From Candidatus Sedimenticola endophacoides (GTDB lineage Bacteria; Pseudomonadota; Gammaproteobacteria; Chromatiales; Chromatiaceae): 51,394 bases of DNA. The notes under the pieces were generated by a model that worked only from the letters and a program-made list of their open reading frames with translations, was not told where the DNA came from and searched no databases. The translations under genes and the position numbers were made by a program. This document shows, piece by piece, positions 42,611 to 51,394 of this stretch. The stretch covers positions 1 through 51,394 of the forward strand of contig PQCO01000184.1 in the NCBI GenBank assembly GCA_003062345.1, given 5' to 3'. Position 1 is the first letter of the stretch. Each line of letters opens with the position of its first letter.

Positions 42611-45600
42611 TTGAAAGATCTACTTAAGATTCTGAAGCAGCAAGGACAGACCGAGGATTTCGACTCCATCCGCATCGGTCTGGCCTCACCCGACATGATC
42701 CGTTCCTGGTCTTACGGCGAGGTCAAGAAGCCCGAGACCATCAACTACCGCACCTTCAAGCCGGAGCGCGACGGATTGTTCTGCGCCAAGATCTTCGGTC
42801 CGGTCAGCGACTACGAGTGTCTGTGCGGAAAATATAAGCGGCTCAAACATCGCGGCGTGGTGTGTGAGAAATGCGGAGTCGAGGTGACCCTGGCCAAGGT
42901 GCGCCGCGAGCGTATGGGGCATATTGAGCTGGCCAGCCCGGTGGCGCATATCTGGTTCCTCAAGTCGCTGCCCTCGCGCATCGGCCTGCTCTTGGACATG
43001 ACGCTGCGCGATATCGAACGGGTGCTCTACTTCGAGTCCTTCGTGGTGGTCGATGCCGGACTTACCCCGCTGGAGCGCGGTCAGCTGCTGACCGATGAGC
43101 AGTATCTGGAGGCGATCGAGGAGAACGGCGACGAGTTCGATGCGCGCATGGGCGCCGAGGCGGTCTATGAACTGCTGCGCACCATGAACCTGACCCGCGA
43201 GACGGAGCGTTTGCGCGAGGAGATCGGCTCCACCAACTCCGAGACCAAGCTGAAGAAGCTGAGCAAGCGGCTCAAGCTGGTGGAGTCGTTGAACGAATCC
43301 GGCAATCGTCCCGAATGGATGATCCTCACGGTGCTGCCGGTGCTGCCGCCGGAGCTGCGGCCCCTGGTGCCGTTGGATGGCGGGCGATTCGCCACCTCCG
43401 ATCTCAACGATCTTTACCGGCGCGTGATTAACCGCAACAACCGTCTCAAGCGGCTGCTCGATCTCAACGCGCCCGACATCATCGTGCGTAACGAAAAGCG
43501 CATGCTTCAGGAGTCGGTGGACGCGCTGTTGGACAACGGACGGCGCGGGCGTGCCATCACCGGCACCAACAAGCGTCCCCTGAAGTCCCTGGCCGATATG
43601 ATCAAGGGCAAGCAGGGGCGTTTCCGCCAGAATCTGCTGGGCAAGCGCGTCGACTACTCCGGGCGTTCGGTTATTGTGGTGGGTCCGACCCTCAAACTGC
43701 ACCAGTGCGGCCTGCCGAAGAAGATGGCCCTGGAGCTGTTCAAGCCGTTCATCTTTTCCAAACTGCAACTGCGCGGTCTGGCCACCACCATCAAGGCCGC
43801 CAAGAAGCTGGTCGAACGCGGAACCGGTGAGGTGTGGGACATCCTCGAAGAGGTGATCCGCGAGCATCCGGTGATGCTCAACCGCGCGCCGACCCTGCAC
43901 CGTCTCGGTATCCAGGCCTTTGAGCCGGTACTTATCGAGGGCAAGGCGATCCAGCTCCATCCGCTGGTTTGCACCGCATTCAACGCAGACTTTGACGGCG
44001 ACCAGATGGCGGTACACGTGCCGCTGTCGATCGAGGCGCAGCTTGAGGCGCGCAGCCTGATGATGTCCACCAACAACATCCTGTCGCCAGCCAACGGCGA
44101 GCCGATCATCGTCCCCTCCCAGGACGTGGTGCTCGGGCTCTACTGGATGACCCGCGACCGGATCAACGCCCAGGGCGAGGGGATGGCGTTCGCCAACGTG
44201 GCCGAGGTGAGCCGCGCCTACGAGGCGCGTCAGGTGGCGTTGCAGGCCCGCGTCAAGGTGCGGCTCATGGACAGCGAGATCGATGATGACGGCAACATCA
44301 CCGAGGAGCGCAAGGTGGTGGATACCACTGTCGGTCGCGCGCTGCTCTCGGAGATTCTGCCCAAGGGGCTGCCTTTTGAGCTGATCAACCGGCCGATGGA
44401 CAAGCGCGCCATCTCCAACATGGTCAACGCCTGTTACCGCCGGGTCGGCCTCAAGGCCACCGTGATCTTCGCGGACCAGGTGATGTACATGGGCTTTCGT
44501 CTCGCCACCAAGGCGGGTGTCTCCATCGGCATGAACGATATGGTGATCCCGCGCGAGAAGGGGAACATTCTTTCCATGGCCGAGCGCGAGGTGCGCGAGA
44601 TCGAGAAGCAGTACGCCTCGGGCCTGGTCACCAACGGCGAACGTTACAACAAGGTTGTGGACATCTGGTCCCACACCAACGACCAGGTCGCCAAGGCGAT
44701 GATGGCGGGTCTCGGCAAGGAGAGCGTTACCAACAGCGAGGGCAAACAGGAGCAGCAGGACTCTTTCAACTCCATCTTCATGATGGCCGATTCCGGTGCG
44801 CGTGGCTCCGCTGCCCAGATTCGACAGCTCGCCGGAATGCGCGGCCTGATGGCCAAACCGGACGGCTCGATCATCGAGACGCCGATTACCGCCAACTTCC
44901 GCGAGGGTCTTGACGTACTGCAGTACTTCATCTCCACCCACGGTGCACGCAAGGGCCTGGCCGACACCGCCCTCAAGACAGCCAACTCCGGTTACCTGAC
45001 CCGCCGGTTGGTGGATGTGGCGCAGGACATGGTCGTGCTGGAGCCTGATTGCGGCACCGAAAACGGCCTGTTGATGCAGCCGATCATCGAGGGTGGTGAT
45101 GTGGTCGAACCCCTGCGCGAGCGTATCCTGGGTCGGGTGACGATCGCCGACCTGTTGCGTCCCGGCAGTGACGAGATCGTCTGCGAGTCGGGCACGCTGC
45201 TCGACGAGACCTGGGTCGATCGCCTGGAGCACTATGGTATCGATCAGGTGATGGTGCGTTCACCCATCACCTGCGACGCCCGGGTCGGCGTTTGTGCCAA
45301 GTGCTATGGCCGTGATCTGGCCAGGGGGCATCAGGTCAACTTCGGCGAGGCGGTGGGCGTCATCGCCGCCCAGTCGATCGGTGAACCCGGCACGCAGCTG
45401 ACCATGCGCACCTTCCACATCGGTGGTGCCGCCTCGCGTGCCGCGGCGGTCAACAGTATCGACGTCAAGAACGGCGGTACCGTGCGGCTGCATAACATTA
45501 AGACCGTCGAACACCACAGTGGCGACCTGGTCGCGGTCTCCCGCTCCGGTGAACTGACCGTGGTCGACGAGGTGGGTCGTGAGCGCGAGCGTTACAAGGT

Positions 45601-46828
45601 ACCCTATGGCGCGCAGATCAAGGTCGCCGATGGCGATACCGTCGAGGGCGGACAGATGGTCGCCGGCTGGGACCCGCATACCCATCCGGTGATCACCGAA
45701 GTGGCGGGTACCCTGCGCTTCGTCGAGTTCGCCGATGGCGTTTCGGTGCAGAGCCAGGTGGATGATGTCACCGGACTGGCCTCGCTGGTGGTCAGTGATC
45801 CCAAGCAGCGGCCCACGGCCGGCAAGGATATGCGGCCGATGGTGAAGTTGGTCGATGACGATGGCAACGACATGAACATCGCCGGCACCGACATTCCCGC
45901 CCACTATTACCTGCCGGCCGGCGCGGTGGTCAATGTCGCTGACGGCGCCAGGGTGCAGGTGGGTGATACCCTGGCGCGTATCCCCCAGGAGTCCTCCAAG
46001 ACCCGTGACATCACCGGTGGTCTGCCCCGCGTGGCCGACCTGTTCGAGGCGCGCAAGCCGAAGGATCCGGCGATCCTGGCCGAGGCGACCGGTACGGTCG
46101 GCTTTGGCAAGGACACCAAGGGCAAGCAGCGCCTGATCATCACTGACTCGGACGGCGTGCAGCACGAGGAGCTGATTCCAAAGTGGCGCCACGTCAACGT
46201 CTTCGAGGGCGAGCATGTGGAGCGCGGCGAGGTGATCTCCGACGGTGAGCTCAATCCCCACGACATCCTGCGCCTGCGCGGGGTGATCGACCTGGCCGCC
46301 TATCTGGTCAAGGAGATTCAGGATGTGTACCGCCTGCAGGGTGTGAAGATCAACGACAAGCACATCGAGGTGATCATTCGCCAGATGCTGCGCAAGGTCG
46401 AGGTCACCGCCCCGGGTGATACCAAGCTGCTGCGTGGCGAGCAGGTGGAGCGCTCGCGCATTCTTGATGCCAATGATGAAGCCGTGACCGAGGACAAGCA
46501 GCCGGCCCTCTGGGAGCCGCTGCTGCTGGGCATCACCAAGGCATCGCTGGCCACCGAGTCGTTCATCTCGGCGGCCTCGTTCCAGGAGACCACCCGGGTG
46601 TTGACCGAAGCGGCGGTACGCGGCTCCTCCGATACCCTGAACGGGCTCAAGGAGAACGTGATTGTCGGGCGTCTGATACCCGCGGGCACCGGCCTCTCCT
46701 ACCACAACGAGCGGCGTAACCGCAGGATCAAGGAGTTGGCGGCGGAAGAGGGTGAGGTGAAGGTAGAGATGGCTGCCGATGAAGTGGAAGAGGCGATCAA
46801 GCAGGCATTGAATACGGCGGAGAGCTGA
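42611..46828 (+). CDS. rpoC: RNA polymerase beta' subunit
   Basis: [10 protein letters not shown], zinc fingers; TTG start. Confidence 0.99.
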   Translation: MKDLLKILKQQGQTEDFDSIRIGLASPDMIRSWSYGEVKKPETINYRTFKPERDGLFCAKIFGPVSDYECLCGKYKRLKHRGVVCEKCGVEVTLAKVRRERMGHIELASPVAHIWFLKSLPSRIGLLLDMTLRDIERVLYFESFVVVDAGLTPLERGQLLTDEQYLEAIEENGDEFDARMGAEAVYELLRTMNLTRETERLREEIGSTNSETKLKKLSKRLKLVESLNESGNRPEWMILTVLPVLPPELRPLVPLDGGRFATSDLNDLYRRVINRNNRLKRLLDLNAPDIIVRNEKRMLQESVDALLDNGRRGRAITGTNKRPLKSLADMIKGKQGRFRQNLLGKRVDYSGRSVIVVGPTLKLHQCGLPKKMALELFKPFIFSKLQLRGLATTIKAAKKLVERGTGEVWDILEEVIREHPVMLNRAPTLHRLGIQAFEPVLIEGKAIQLHPLVCTAFNADFDGDQMAVHVPLSIEAQLEARSLMMSTNNILSPANGEPIIVPSQDVVLGLYWMTRDRINAQGEGMAFANVAEVSRAYEARQVALQARVKVRLMDSEIDDDGNITEERKVVDTTVGRALLSEILPKGLPFELINRPMDKRAISNMVNACYRRVGLKATVIFADQVMYMGFRLATKAGVSIGMNDMVIPREKGNILSMAEREVREIEKQYASGLVTNGERYNKVVDIWSHTNDQVAKAMMAGLGKESVTNSEGKQEQQDSFNSIFMMADSGARGSAAQIRQLAGMRGLMAKPDGSIIETPITANFREGLDVLQYFISTHGARKGLADTALKTANSGYLTRRLVDVAQDMVVLEPDCGTENGLLMQPIIEGGDVVEPLRERILGRVTIADLLRPGSDEIVCESGTLLDETWVDRLEHYGIDQVMVRSPITCDARVGVCAKCYGRDLARGHQVNFGEAVGVIAAQSIGEPGTQLTMRTFHIGGAASRAAAVNSIDVKNGGTVRLHNIKTVEHHSGDLVAVSRSGELTVVDEVGRERERYKVPYGAQIKVADGDTVEGGQMVAGWDPHTHPVITEVAGTLRFVEFADGVSVQSQVDDVTGLASLVVSDPKQRPTAGKDMRPMVKLVDDDGNDMNIAGTDIPAHYYLPAGAVVNVADGARVQVGDTLARIPQESSKTRDITGGLPRVADLFEARKPKDPAILAEATGTVGFGKDTKGKQRLIITDSDGVQHEELIPKWRHVNVFEGEHVERGEVISDGELNPHDILRLRGVIDLAAYLVKEIQDVYRLQGVKINDKHIEVIIRQMLRKVEVTAPGDTKLLRGEQVERSRILDANDEAVTEDKQPALWEPLLLGITKASLATESFISAASFQETTRVLTEAAVRGSSDTLNGLKENVIVGRLIPAGTGLSYHNERRNRRIKELAAEEGEVKVEMAADEVEEAIKQALNTAES

Positions 46829-46922
46829 TCTCGAAGCCGCGATCCGACCGGGCCACCACACGGTGGCGGGCCGGCCGGGTGACGGCCATGGCGGCCGGAA
46901 GTTTTGTATACAGTAATATACC

Positions 46923-46957
46923 TTGACATGCATTCAAAGGTTACGTAGAATGCGCGC
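46923..46957 (+). promoter_or_regulatory. Sigma70 promoter of the str operon
   Basis: TTGACA-N17-TAGAAT-GCGCGC. Confidence 0.8.
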
Positions 46958-47141
46958 TCTTTCGGTGCCGCTGGCGCCGGGACTCGTTTTTGAATCTCGC
47001 GGCAAAAAGGCCGCTGGATGAACAGGTTACGAGCAGGCTATCGGGTATCTGGCGCGACACTGGGCGCCGGAGGGGTGATTGCCAGCTCTTTCTGGTGCGA
47101 GAGGGTGCGGTTTCTGTTGGTACCCTTGGGGACGGAGTTAA

Positions 47142-47516
47142 ATGGCAACAATCAATCAGTTGGTGCGCAAGCCTCGCAAGCGCAAAGTTGAAAAGAGCAA
47201 TGTGCCGGCCCTTGAGGCCTGCCCGCAAAAGCGTGGCGTGTGCACCCGCGTATACACCACGACCCCGAAGAAGCCGAACTCGGCGCTTCGGAAGGTCGCG
47301 CGTGTGCGCCTGACCAACGGTTATGAGGTCACCAGCTACATCGGCGGTGAGGGGCATAACCTGCAAGAGCACTCGGTGGTGCTGATCCGTGGCGGTCGTG
47401 TAAAGGATCTGCCCGGTGTGCGCTATCACGTAGTCCGTGGCAGCCTCGATACCTCCGGTGTCGATAAGCGCCGTCAGGGTCGTTCCAAGTATGGCGCCAA
47501 GCGGCCCAAGAGCTGA
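47142..47516 (+). CDS. rpsL: 30S ribosomal protein S12
   Basis: [23 protein letters not shown]. Confidence 0.99.
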   Translation: MATINQLVRKPRKRKVEKSNVPALEACPQKRGVCTRVYTTTPKKPNSALRKVARVRLTNGYEVTSYIGGEGHNLQEHSVVLIRGGRVKDLPGVRYHVVRGSLDTSGVDKRRQGRSKYGAKRPKS

Positions 47517-47550
47517 TTGGTTGCATTGAGAAAAGGCTGAGTCAAGAGTC

Positions 47551-48021
47551 ATGGCAAGAAGAGGCGTTGCAGCAAAGCGAGAGATCCTTCCGGATCCCAA
47601 GTTCGGAAGTGAACTGCTCACCAAATTCATGAACATGGTGATGGTCGACGGCAAGAAGGCGGTGGCCGAAAAGATCCTCTACGGGGCGCTGGACACCCTC
47701 TCCAAGCGCGGAGGCGGTGAACCGATGGAGCTGTTGGAGAAGGCGCTCGACAATGTGCGGCCAATGGTTGAGGTGAAGTCCCGCCGGGTCGGCGGTGCCA
47801 CCTACCAGGTTCCGGTCGAGGTGCGCGCCACCCGTCGCAACACCCTGGCCATGCGCTGGCTGATCGATGCCGCGCGCAAGCGCAGCGAGAAGTCGATGGC
47901 CCAGCGCCTCGCCGGTGAGCTGGCCGATGCCGCGGAACAGCGCGGCTCTGCGGTCAAGAAGCGCGAGGATACCCACCGCATGGCGGAGGCGAACAAGGCC
48001 TTCTCGCACTACCGCTGGTAA
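47551..48021 (+). CDS. rpsG: 30S ribosomal protein S7
   Basis: [20 protein letters not shown]. Confidence 0.99.
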   Translation: MARRGVAAKREILPDPKFGSELLTKFMNMVMVDGKKAVAEKILYGALDTLSKRGGGEPMELLEKALDNVRPMVEVKSRRVGGATYQVPVEVRATRRNTLAMRWLIDAARKRSEKSMAQRLAGELADAAEQRGSAVKKREDTHRMAEANKAFSHYRW

Positions 48022-48093
48022 CGCTTCATCTGTTTCCCCGGAGCCCGCGCGGCTTCGGTACGCTCTTTAACATTGTTGATCGGGATCGAATAC

Positions 48094-50190
48094 GTGGCAC
48101 GTAGCACGCCCATTGAACGGTATCGCAATCTTGGCATCATGGCGCACATTGACGCCGGCAAGACGACGACGACCGAGCGCGTACTCTACTACACCGGAGT
48201 GTCTCACAAGATTGGTGAGGTTCATGATGGTGCTGCCACGATGGACTGGATGGAGCAGGAGCAGGAGCGAGGAATCACTATCACCTCCGCTGCCACCACC
48301 TGTTTCTGGAGCGGCATGGACAAGCAGTTCCCGGAACACCGGATCAACATTATCGATACCCCGGGGCATGTGGATTTCACCATTGAGGTGGAGCGCTCCC
48401 TGCGGGTCCTCGACGGCGCCTGCGCCGTCTTCTGCGCCGTCGGTGGCGTGGAGCCTCAATCCGAAACCGTCTGGCGCCAGGCCAACAAGTACGGTGTGCC
48501 CCGTATCGCATTCGTCAACAAGATGGATCGCATGGGGGCGGATTTTCTGCGTGTCGTTTCCCAGGTCAAGAGTCGTCTTGGCGCCACCCCGGTTCCGCTG
48601 CAGATCGCGATCGGCGCCGAGGAGCAGTTTCGCGGCGTAATCGACCTGATCAAGATGAAGGCCGTGGTCTGGGATGAGGCCTCGCGCGGCATGGAGTTCT
48701 CCGAGCAGGAGGTGCCTTCTGAGCTGCGGGAACTGGCCAGCGAGTGGCGAGAGCGCCTGGTCGAGGCCGCAGCCGAGGCGGACGAGGAGCTGATGGACCG
48801 CTACCTTGATGCGGGTGAACTGAGCGACGAGGAGATACGCCGCGGAATCCGCAAGCGTACCCTTGCCAACGAGATCACCCCGATGCTGTGCGGCTCCGCC
48901 TTCAAGAACAAAGGCGTTCAGGCGATGCTGGACGCGGTCATCGAATATCTGCCTTCGCCCGTGGATGTGCCGCCGATCTCCGGGGTGTTGAACGACGCGG
49001 CGGAGACCCGCGCCAGCCGTCCTCCCAGCGACGATGCGCCCTTCGCGGCCCTGGCGTTCAAGATCGCCACGGATCCTTTTGTCGGCACCCTCACCTTCTT
49101 TCGGGCCTACTCAGGTGTGCTGAAGTCGGGCGACAGTGTGTTCAATCCCATCAAGGGGAAGAAGGAACGGATCGGGCGCATCCTGCAGATGCACGCCAAC
49201 TCCCGCGAGGAGATCAAGGAGGTGCGCGCGGGGGATATCGCCGCCGCCGTCGGCCTTAAGGACGTCACCACGGGCGAGACCCTGTGTGCGCTGGATTCTG
49301 TGATCACGCTTGAAAAGATGGATTTTCCGGAGCCGGTGATCGCCGTCGCGGTCGAGCCGCGGACTCAGGCGGACCAGGAGAAGATGGGTGTCGCCCTGTC
49401 CAAGCTGGCCCAGGAGGATCCCTCGTTTCGCGTATCCACCGATGCTGAGTCAGGGCAGACCATTATCGCCGGCATGGGCGAGTTGCACCTGGATATTATC
49501 GTCGACCGCATGAAGCGGGAGTTCAAGGTCGAGGCCAATGTCGGCGCCCCCCAGGTCGCCTATCGGGAGACCATCCGCGCCCGGGTGGAGCACGAGTGCA
49601 AGTTTGTTCGTCAGTCCGGCGGGCGCGGCCAGTACGGCCACGTCTGGCTGCGCATCGAGCCGCAGGAGGAGGGGGGCGGGTACCTCTTTGTCAACGAAGT
49701 GGTGGGTGGCGCGGTGCCGCGTGAGTACATACCTGCGGTCGATAAGGGTGTACAGGAGCAGTTGGAGGGTGGTATCATGGCTGGCTACCCCGTGGTTGAT
49801 GTGAAAGTCACCCTCTTTGACGGTTCCTATCACGATGTGGACTCCAGTGAGATGGCGTTCAAGATCGCCGGATCGATGTGTATGAGAGAGGGCGGTCTGA
49901 AGGCGAAGCCGGTCCTTCTGGAGCCGATCATGAAGGTTGAGGTGGTGACACCGGAAGAATACATGGGCGATGTGATGGGCGATCTGAACAGTCGCCGGGG
50001 CATCGTCCAGGGGATGGAAGATTCCGCTGCAGGCAAGCAGATCAGGGCCGAGGTGCCGCTGTCCGCAATGTTCGGTTACGCGACCGATCTGCGTTCAGCC
50101 ACCCAGGGACGGGCGACCTACAGCATGGAGTTTTCCCGCTATAGCGAGGTGCCGGCAAGCTTGGCCGACGCCGTGATTAAGAAACATTAG
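48094..50190 (+). CDS. fusA: Elongation factor G
   Basis: [27 protein letters not shown]; GTG start 48094. Confidence 0.98.
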   Translation: MARSTPIERYRNLGIMAHIDAGKTTTTERVLYYTGVSHKIGEVHDGAATMDWMEQEQERGITITSAATTCFWSGMDKQFPEHRINIIDTPGHVDFTIEVERSLRVLDGACAVFCAVGGVEPQSETVWRQANKYGVPRIAFVNKMDRMGADFLRVVSQVKSRLGATPVPLQIAIGAEEQFRGVIDLIKMKAVVWDEASRGMEFSEQEVPSELRELASEWRERLVEAAAEADEELMDRYLDAGELSDEEIRRGIRKRTLANEITPMLCGSAFKNKGVQAMLDAVIEYLPSPVDVPPISGVLNDAAETRASRPPSDDAPFAALAFKIATDPFVGTLTFFRAYSGVLKSGDSVFNPIKGKKERIGRILQMHANSREEIKEVRAGDIAAAVGLKDVTTGETLCALDSVITLEKMDFPEPVIAVAVEPRTQADQEKMGVALSKLAQEDPSFRVSTDAESGQTIIAGMGELHLDIIVDRMKREFKVEANVGAPQVAYRETIRARVEHECKFVRQSGGRGQYGHVWLRIEPQEEGGGYLFVNEVVGGAVPREYIPAVDKGVQEQLEGGIMAGYPVVDVKVTLFDGSYHDVDSSEMAFKIAGSMCMREGGLKAKPVLLEPIMKVEVVTPEEYMGDVMGDLNSRRGIVQGMEDSAAGKQIRAEVPLSAMFGYATDLRSATQGRATYSMEFSRYSEVPASLADAVIKKH

Positions 50191-50210
50191 TTCCTCAAGG
50201 GGATAGAATC

Positions 50211-51394
50211 GTGTCTAAAGCAAAATTCGAGCGCACAAAACCGCACGTGAACGTGGGCACCATCGGTCACGTTGACCATGGCAAGACCACCCTGACCGCG
50301 GCGATCACCAAGGTGATGGCTGAGGCCCGCGGCGGTGAATTCAAGGACTACGCCGATATCGACAACGCCCCTGAAGAGCGTGAGCGCGGTATCACCATCG
50401 CCACCGCGCACGTGGAGTACGAGTCCGACACCCGCCACTACGCGCACGTCGACTGCCCTGGACACGCCGATTATGTGAAGAACATGATCACCGGCGCGGC
50501 GCAGATGGACGGAGCGGTCCTGGTGGTCTCCGCGGCGGACGGTCCGATGCCCCAGACCCGTGAGCACATCCTGCTCTCCCGTCAGGTTGGTGTGCCCTAC
50601 ATTCTGGTGTACATGAACAAGGCGGACATGGTCGATGACGAGGAGCTGCTGGAGCTGGTGGAGATGGAAGTGCGCGAGCTTCTGGACCAGTACGAGTTCC
50701 CCGGAGACGACACCCCGATCGTGGTAGGTTCCGCGCTGAAGGCGCTCGAAGGGGACACCTCGGATATCGGTGCGCCGTCGATCATCAAGCTGGTGGAGGC
50801 GATGGATGCCTACATTCCCACCCCGGAGCGTGACACCGACAAGCCGTTCCTGATGCCGATCGAGGATGTGTTCTCGATCTCCGGTCGCGGCACGGTGGTG
50901 ACCGGTCGCGTGGAGCGCGGCGTGGTGAAGGTGGGTGAGGAGATCGAGATTGTGGGTATCCGCGATACCCAGAAGACCACCTGTACCGGCGTTGAGATGT
51001 TCCGCAAGCTGCTGGATCAGGGGCAGGCGGGCGACAACGTGGGCGTGCTGCTGCGCGGCACCAAGCGTGACGATGTGGAGCGCGGCCAGGTGCTGGCGCG
51101 TCCCGGCACCATCACCCCGCACACCCATTTTGAGTGTGAGGTGTATGTGCTGAGCAAGGATGAGGGTGGTCGTCACACGCCGTTTTTCAACGGTTACCGT
51201 CCGCAGTTTTACTTCCGTACCACCGACGTGACCGGAGCCTGCGACCTTCCCGAGGGTATAGAGATGGTGATGCCGGGTGACAACGTGAAGATGACCGTCA
51301 AGCTGATCGCGCCCATCGCCATGGAAGAGGGACTGCGTTTCGCTATCCGCGAAGGTGGCCGCACCGTCGGCGCCGGCGTTGTATCCAAGATCAT
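50211..51394 (+). CDS. tuf: Elongation factor Tu, second copy (truncated by window end)
   Basis: GTG start; nearly identical to 33149-34339; final few nucleotides missing. Confidence 0.97.
   Translation, partial: MSKAKFERTKPHVNVGTIGHVDHGKTTLTAAITKVMAEARGGEFKDYADIDNAPEERERGITIATAHVEYESDTRHYAHVDCPGHADYVKNMITGAAQMDGAVLVVSAADGPMPQTREHILLSRQVGVPYILVYMNKADMVDDEELLELVEMEVRELLDQYEFPGDDTPIVVGSALKALEGDTSDIGAPSIIKLVEAMDAYIPTPERDTDKPFLMPIEDVFSISGRGTVVTGRVERGVVKVGEEIEIVGIRDTQKTTCTGVEMFRKLLDQGQAGDNVGVLLRGTKRDDVERGQVLARPGTITPHTHFECEVYVLSKDEGGRHTPFFNGYRPQFYFRTTDVTGACDLPEGIEMVMPGDNVKMTVKLIAPIAMEEGLRFAIREGGRTVGAGVVSKI

Noticed and set aside
46901-46920. TGTATACAG upstream of the str promoter resembling a LexA box
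   Set aside because: It does not fit CTGT-N8-ACAG; more likely an AT-rich UP element.

Overview
High-GC gammaproteobacterial core-genome segment; gene order and content suggest a Chromatiales/sulfur-oxidiser-like lineage (inference). It contains: a thiol-redox cluster (cutA-dsbD-tlpA); a frameshifted fxsA; a long minus-strand cell-shape and lipoate run (mreBCD-mrdA-rodA-mltB-rlpA-dacA-dat-ybeD-lipB-lipA-ydcF); gatCAB; a REC-ANTAR regulator upstream of a GGDEF cyclase; hemA-prfA-prmC-moeB-methyltransferase; TPR lipoprotein-ispE-tRNA-Gln-prs-rplY-pth; tRNA-Tyr/Gly/Thr-tuf-tRNA-Trp-secE-nusG-rplKAJL-rpoBC-rpsLG-fusA; and a second, truncated tuf. No CRISPR, prophage, integrase or transposase ORF is visible. 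The most unusual signals are non-coding. (1) Two tRNA-linked repeat elements of about 180 bp, after tRNA-Gln and tRNA-Tyr, share a conserved scaffold of C-GNA-G hairpins, and each carries an antisense arm matched to its own host tRNA plus a duplicated tRNA 3' end. (2) An exact 103-bp duplication between nusG and rplK doubles the putative L1 operator and carries REP-like GGAT hairpins also seen at two other sites. Further oddities: an apparent ATC start for mreC, no lolB or ychF at their usual positions, a CxxC in place of the cyclase I-site, and a DsbD with two N-terminal domains.
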